Positions 35,215 to 38,348 of a stretch of 38,348 nucleotides of DNA are shown here, piece by piece. The stretch comes from a virus (Duplodnaviria > Heunggongvirae > Uroviricota > Caudoviricetes). Both the position numbers and the translations under genes were made by a program. The notes under the pieces are model-generated. The model was not told where the DNA came from. It ran no database searches and worked only from the letters and a program-made list of their open reading frames with translations. The DNA is taken from IMG/VR virus record IMGVR_UViG_2609459797_000003, one strand, 5' to 3'. Numbering within the stretch: position 1 is the stretch's first letter; each line of letters opens with the position of its first letter.

Positions 35215-35952
35215 ATGCATCGTATAGACACGAAAACCGCGCAGAAGGATAAGTTCGGCGCGGGTAAGAACGGTTTTACCCGTGGTAACCCCCAGACCGG
35301 CACGCCTGCCACCGATCTGGATGATGACTACTTTGACATGTTGCAGGAGGAGCTTTGCAGCGTTGTGGAGGCGTCCGGTGCCAGCCTGGATAAGGGGCGG
35401 CACGACCAGCTACTTACCGCGCTTCGCGCGCTGCTGTTAAGCCGCAAGAATCCGTTTGGCGATATCAAATCGGATGGCACGGTGAAAACGGCTCTCGAAA
35501 ACCTTGGATTAACCAACGCGATAATTGGTGATACCTGTAAAGAAGCAGGGTTCTACTTAGGAAGTGAACTTGCCCCTTATCTTATGCATGAGGACACTCA
35601 CACAGCCATCCGCCTGGTAACGTTGGATAGCGTCCGTCGAGTAACAACCACTACTTACACTATTAATTATTACGCGAATGGCTTAATTCAGATTTTAGGT
35701 ATGACCCCAACAGTAAGCTCTTTGACTCCCCAGACCATGACATTCCCAGTGGCGTTCCCAAATGCTTGTGTTCGGTTTGCATTGCACAACCAAGAAAGTG
35801 GCGTCCCATCCTACAACATGGCGATGTATTCTAATTTAAGCAGAACGGGCGTGAAGATATGGGGAGTGGCGAACATTCTTGGCAACGGTGGAAGCCCGTC
35901 GCTGGGCGCGCTACCGAACGCTGAAATCTCTTATGAAGCATGGGGTTACTGA
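35215..35952 (+). CDS. tail fibre protein (constant N-terminus + invertible variable C-terminus)
   Basis: 'MHRIDTKTAQKDKFGAGKNGFTRGNPQTGTPATDLDDDYFDMLQEEL' is the conserved tail-fibre N-terminus; composition becomes AT-richer after ~aa 97, where a hix/gix-like site lies. Confidence 0.75.
   Translation: MHRIDTKTAQKDKFGAGKNGFTRGNPQTGTPATDLDDDYFDMLQEELCSVVEASGASLDKGRHDQLLTALRALLLSRKNPFGDIKSDGTVKTALENLGLTNAIIGDTCKEAGFYLGSELAPYLMHEDTHTAIRLVTLDSVRRVTTTTYTINYYANGLIQILGMTPTVSSLTPQTMTFPVAFPNACVRFALHNQESGVPSYNMAMYSNLSRTGVKIWGVANILGNGGSPSLGALPNAEISYEAWGY
35492..35516. promoter_or_regulatory. candidate invertase crossover site (hix/gix/pix-like) inside tail-fibre gene
   Basis: 'CTCTCGAAAACCttGGATTAACCAA': left half-site matches the hixL half 'TTCTTGAAAACC' at 10 of 12 positions as I recall it, right half partially; at the constant/variable boundary. 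Confidence 0.45.
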
Positions 35953-35953
35953 T

Positions 35954-36391
35954 ATGACATTTTTCTACAGTGCAGCACATAATATTTTTGTTTCAGATAT
36001 TAACAAAGAGAGCTATGAGGATGCTGGATCGTGGCCAGCAGATGCAAAAGAAGTTTCAGATGAATTATTTTATCAATATTCGCAAAATCCACCGAAAGGC
36101 AAAATTCGCTCCCATGCAGATGGCCTGCCCATCTGGGAAGATGCCCCGCCTATGACTGAAGAAGAACTTATTCTGAAAAATAAGAATGAAAAACAAATTC
36201 GTATCGATGAAGCCAATAATTATATGCACGGTAAGCAATGGCCAGGTAAAGCGGCTATTGGTCGTCTGAAAGGTGAGGAACTGGCGCAATATAATTTGTG
36301 GCTGGATTATCTGGACGCACTGGAGCTGGTCGATACTTCCGGTGCGCCAGATATTGAATGGCCTACGCCTCCGGCAGTTCAGGCCAGATGA
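35954..36391 (+). CDS. tail fibre assembly protein (Tfa)
   Basis: 145 aa; C-terminal 'LWLDYLDALELVDTSGAPDIEWPTP' is the conserved Tfa C-terminus. Confidence 0.75.
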   Translation: MTFFYSAAHNIFVSDINKESYEDAGSWPADAKEVSDELFYQYSQNPPKGKIRSHADGLPIWEDAPPMTEEELILKNKNEKQIRIDEANNYMHGKQWPGKAAIGRLKGEELAQYNLWLDYLDALELVDTSGAPDIEWPTPPAVQAR

Positions 36392-36956
36392 CATCCGGCG
36401 CGGTGCTGGTATCTGTTACCGTCACCGCGTCAATGTAATCCAGCACGGCGTTAAGTCGGGTTGTTTCTGCCTGAGTCAGCTTCCGTCCGGCCTGTAATTT
36501 CAGTTGAATCAGACTGATGGAAGCCATTGCAGCATCAATCAGCGACTGGCGCTGTGCTTCTGCTGCGTCTACTGCGGCACTATGCTGTGCCTCAGTATCT
36601 GTCACCCATTTCTCACCATCCCATTTATCGTATGGCGTTAACGGTGAAAGCGTGACATAACCGTCTTTGATGGCACCGATATAATCCACTGTAACAGCTG
36701 CGCCATTTTCGATTGAGTAAACAGTCTCATTGCGGTGGTCTTCTTCATGGCGCCATCCCTTACCCGTAAATACTGCCACTTTCCCCGGAATGTATTCGCC
36801 CGGGTCAATACCAGTGGAACAGGCGGGCATACTTACGCCAGTATTAATATATTCATCAGACCAGCCCGTATACTCAGATGTTTCAGCATCATAATAAAAA
36901 CAACGCATATCGCCCGGCACTGTAGCCAGCCCATTTTCATCAAAAACAGGTTTCAT
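36363..36956 (-). CDS. alternate tail fibre assembly protein (Tfa', inverted orientation)
   Basis: 197 aa; C-terminal 'LNAVLDYIDAVTVTDTSTAPDVIWPELP' matches the same Tfa motif; convergent with and overlapping tfa by ~29 nt, as in Mu G / e14 P segments. Confidence 0.75.
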   Translation of the reverse strand: MKPVFDENGLATVPGDMRCFYYDAETSEYTGWSDEYINTGVSMPACSTGIDPGEYIPGKVAVFTGKGWRHEEDHRNETVYSIENGAAVTVDYIGAIKDGYVTLSPLTPYDKWDGEKWVTDTEAQHSAAVDAAEAQRQSLIDAAMASISLIQLKLQAGRKLTQAETTRLNAVLDYIDAVTVTDTSTAPDVIWPELPEA

Positions 36957-37389
36957 TATTTAGCCCTCACCAGAAAGTTAAATGCAATATTTCGCGGTCT
37001 GACAGCAACAAAATTCACACCATCACCCACAGAGTTACTGGTGAAATTAAATCGTGAAAATCCTGGCTGATTTCCGGCGATGCCATCATGAAAGTTAATT
37101 GCGTGTCCCGCACCTCCGCCTATATTCCCGGCAAACTGAGAAAAGTTTGTAGCTTCCTGCCAGCTTAATAATTCGCGACCACCATCGGCACCTCGCCCGT
37201 CATCCCAGATACGAATGAAATCACCGCGGGCTTCAGGTAATACCAGTGAAGGAAACACTTTCGCCAGCACAGGGTAATCAGAGGCAGAAAATTTCGCCCC
37301 GTTGAACTTCAAAAACACCATACTGGACCAGCTGTCGATTACAGTATTTGGCATTGCAGCGGACGGCCAGAAGAACGGAACGCCAATAG
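36956..37389 (-). pseudogene. alternate tail-fibre variable exon, 5'-truncated by IS5
   Basis: Minus-strand frame upstream of Tfa' encodes a fibre-tip-like Gly-rich region; the frame runs without its own start into the IS5 terminal repeat at 37390. Confidence 0.6.

Positions 37390-38348
<959 letters not shown>

Overview
The window opens on the start codon of a complete proA (1..1254, +), followed by tRNA-Thr (thrW-type, 1369..1444). A tyrosine integrase on the minus strand begins 14 bp past the tRNA 3' end and opens a ~36 kb mosaic prophage that runs to the end of the window; attR is outside it. Module order: int/xis and a KplE1-like early-left block (DUF2303, HD-domain 5'-deoxynucleotidase), a CI-like S24 repressor with Cro-like partner and palindromic operators, replication initiator with in-gene iterons, Dam-like methyltransferase, LexA-N-domain protein, RusA, KilA-N, Q antiterminator, a lambda-type lysis cassette (S, R, Rz/Rz1, bor), HNH + HK97-type terminase/portal/protease/capsid, a Mu-like contractile tail, and a G-segment-like invertible tail-fibre region whose alternate exon is cut by an IS5 copy. 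This mosaic resembles the thrW-integrating Shigella SfV / E. coli KplE1 phage group (from memory, not searched). The strongest candidate for an undescribed system is a strongly AT-rich two-gene cassette between Q and the holin (13402..14950): a membrane-anchored protein of unknown fold translationally coupled to a membrane-anchored protein carrying peptidoglycan glycosyltransferase (GT51, MtgA-like) motifs. A second AT-rich single-gene moron with its own promoter and terminator sits after the tape-measure gene. All homology calls are from reading the translations; no database search was run, and start codons were chosen by eye from the ORF track (which also reports GTG/TTG starts).
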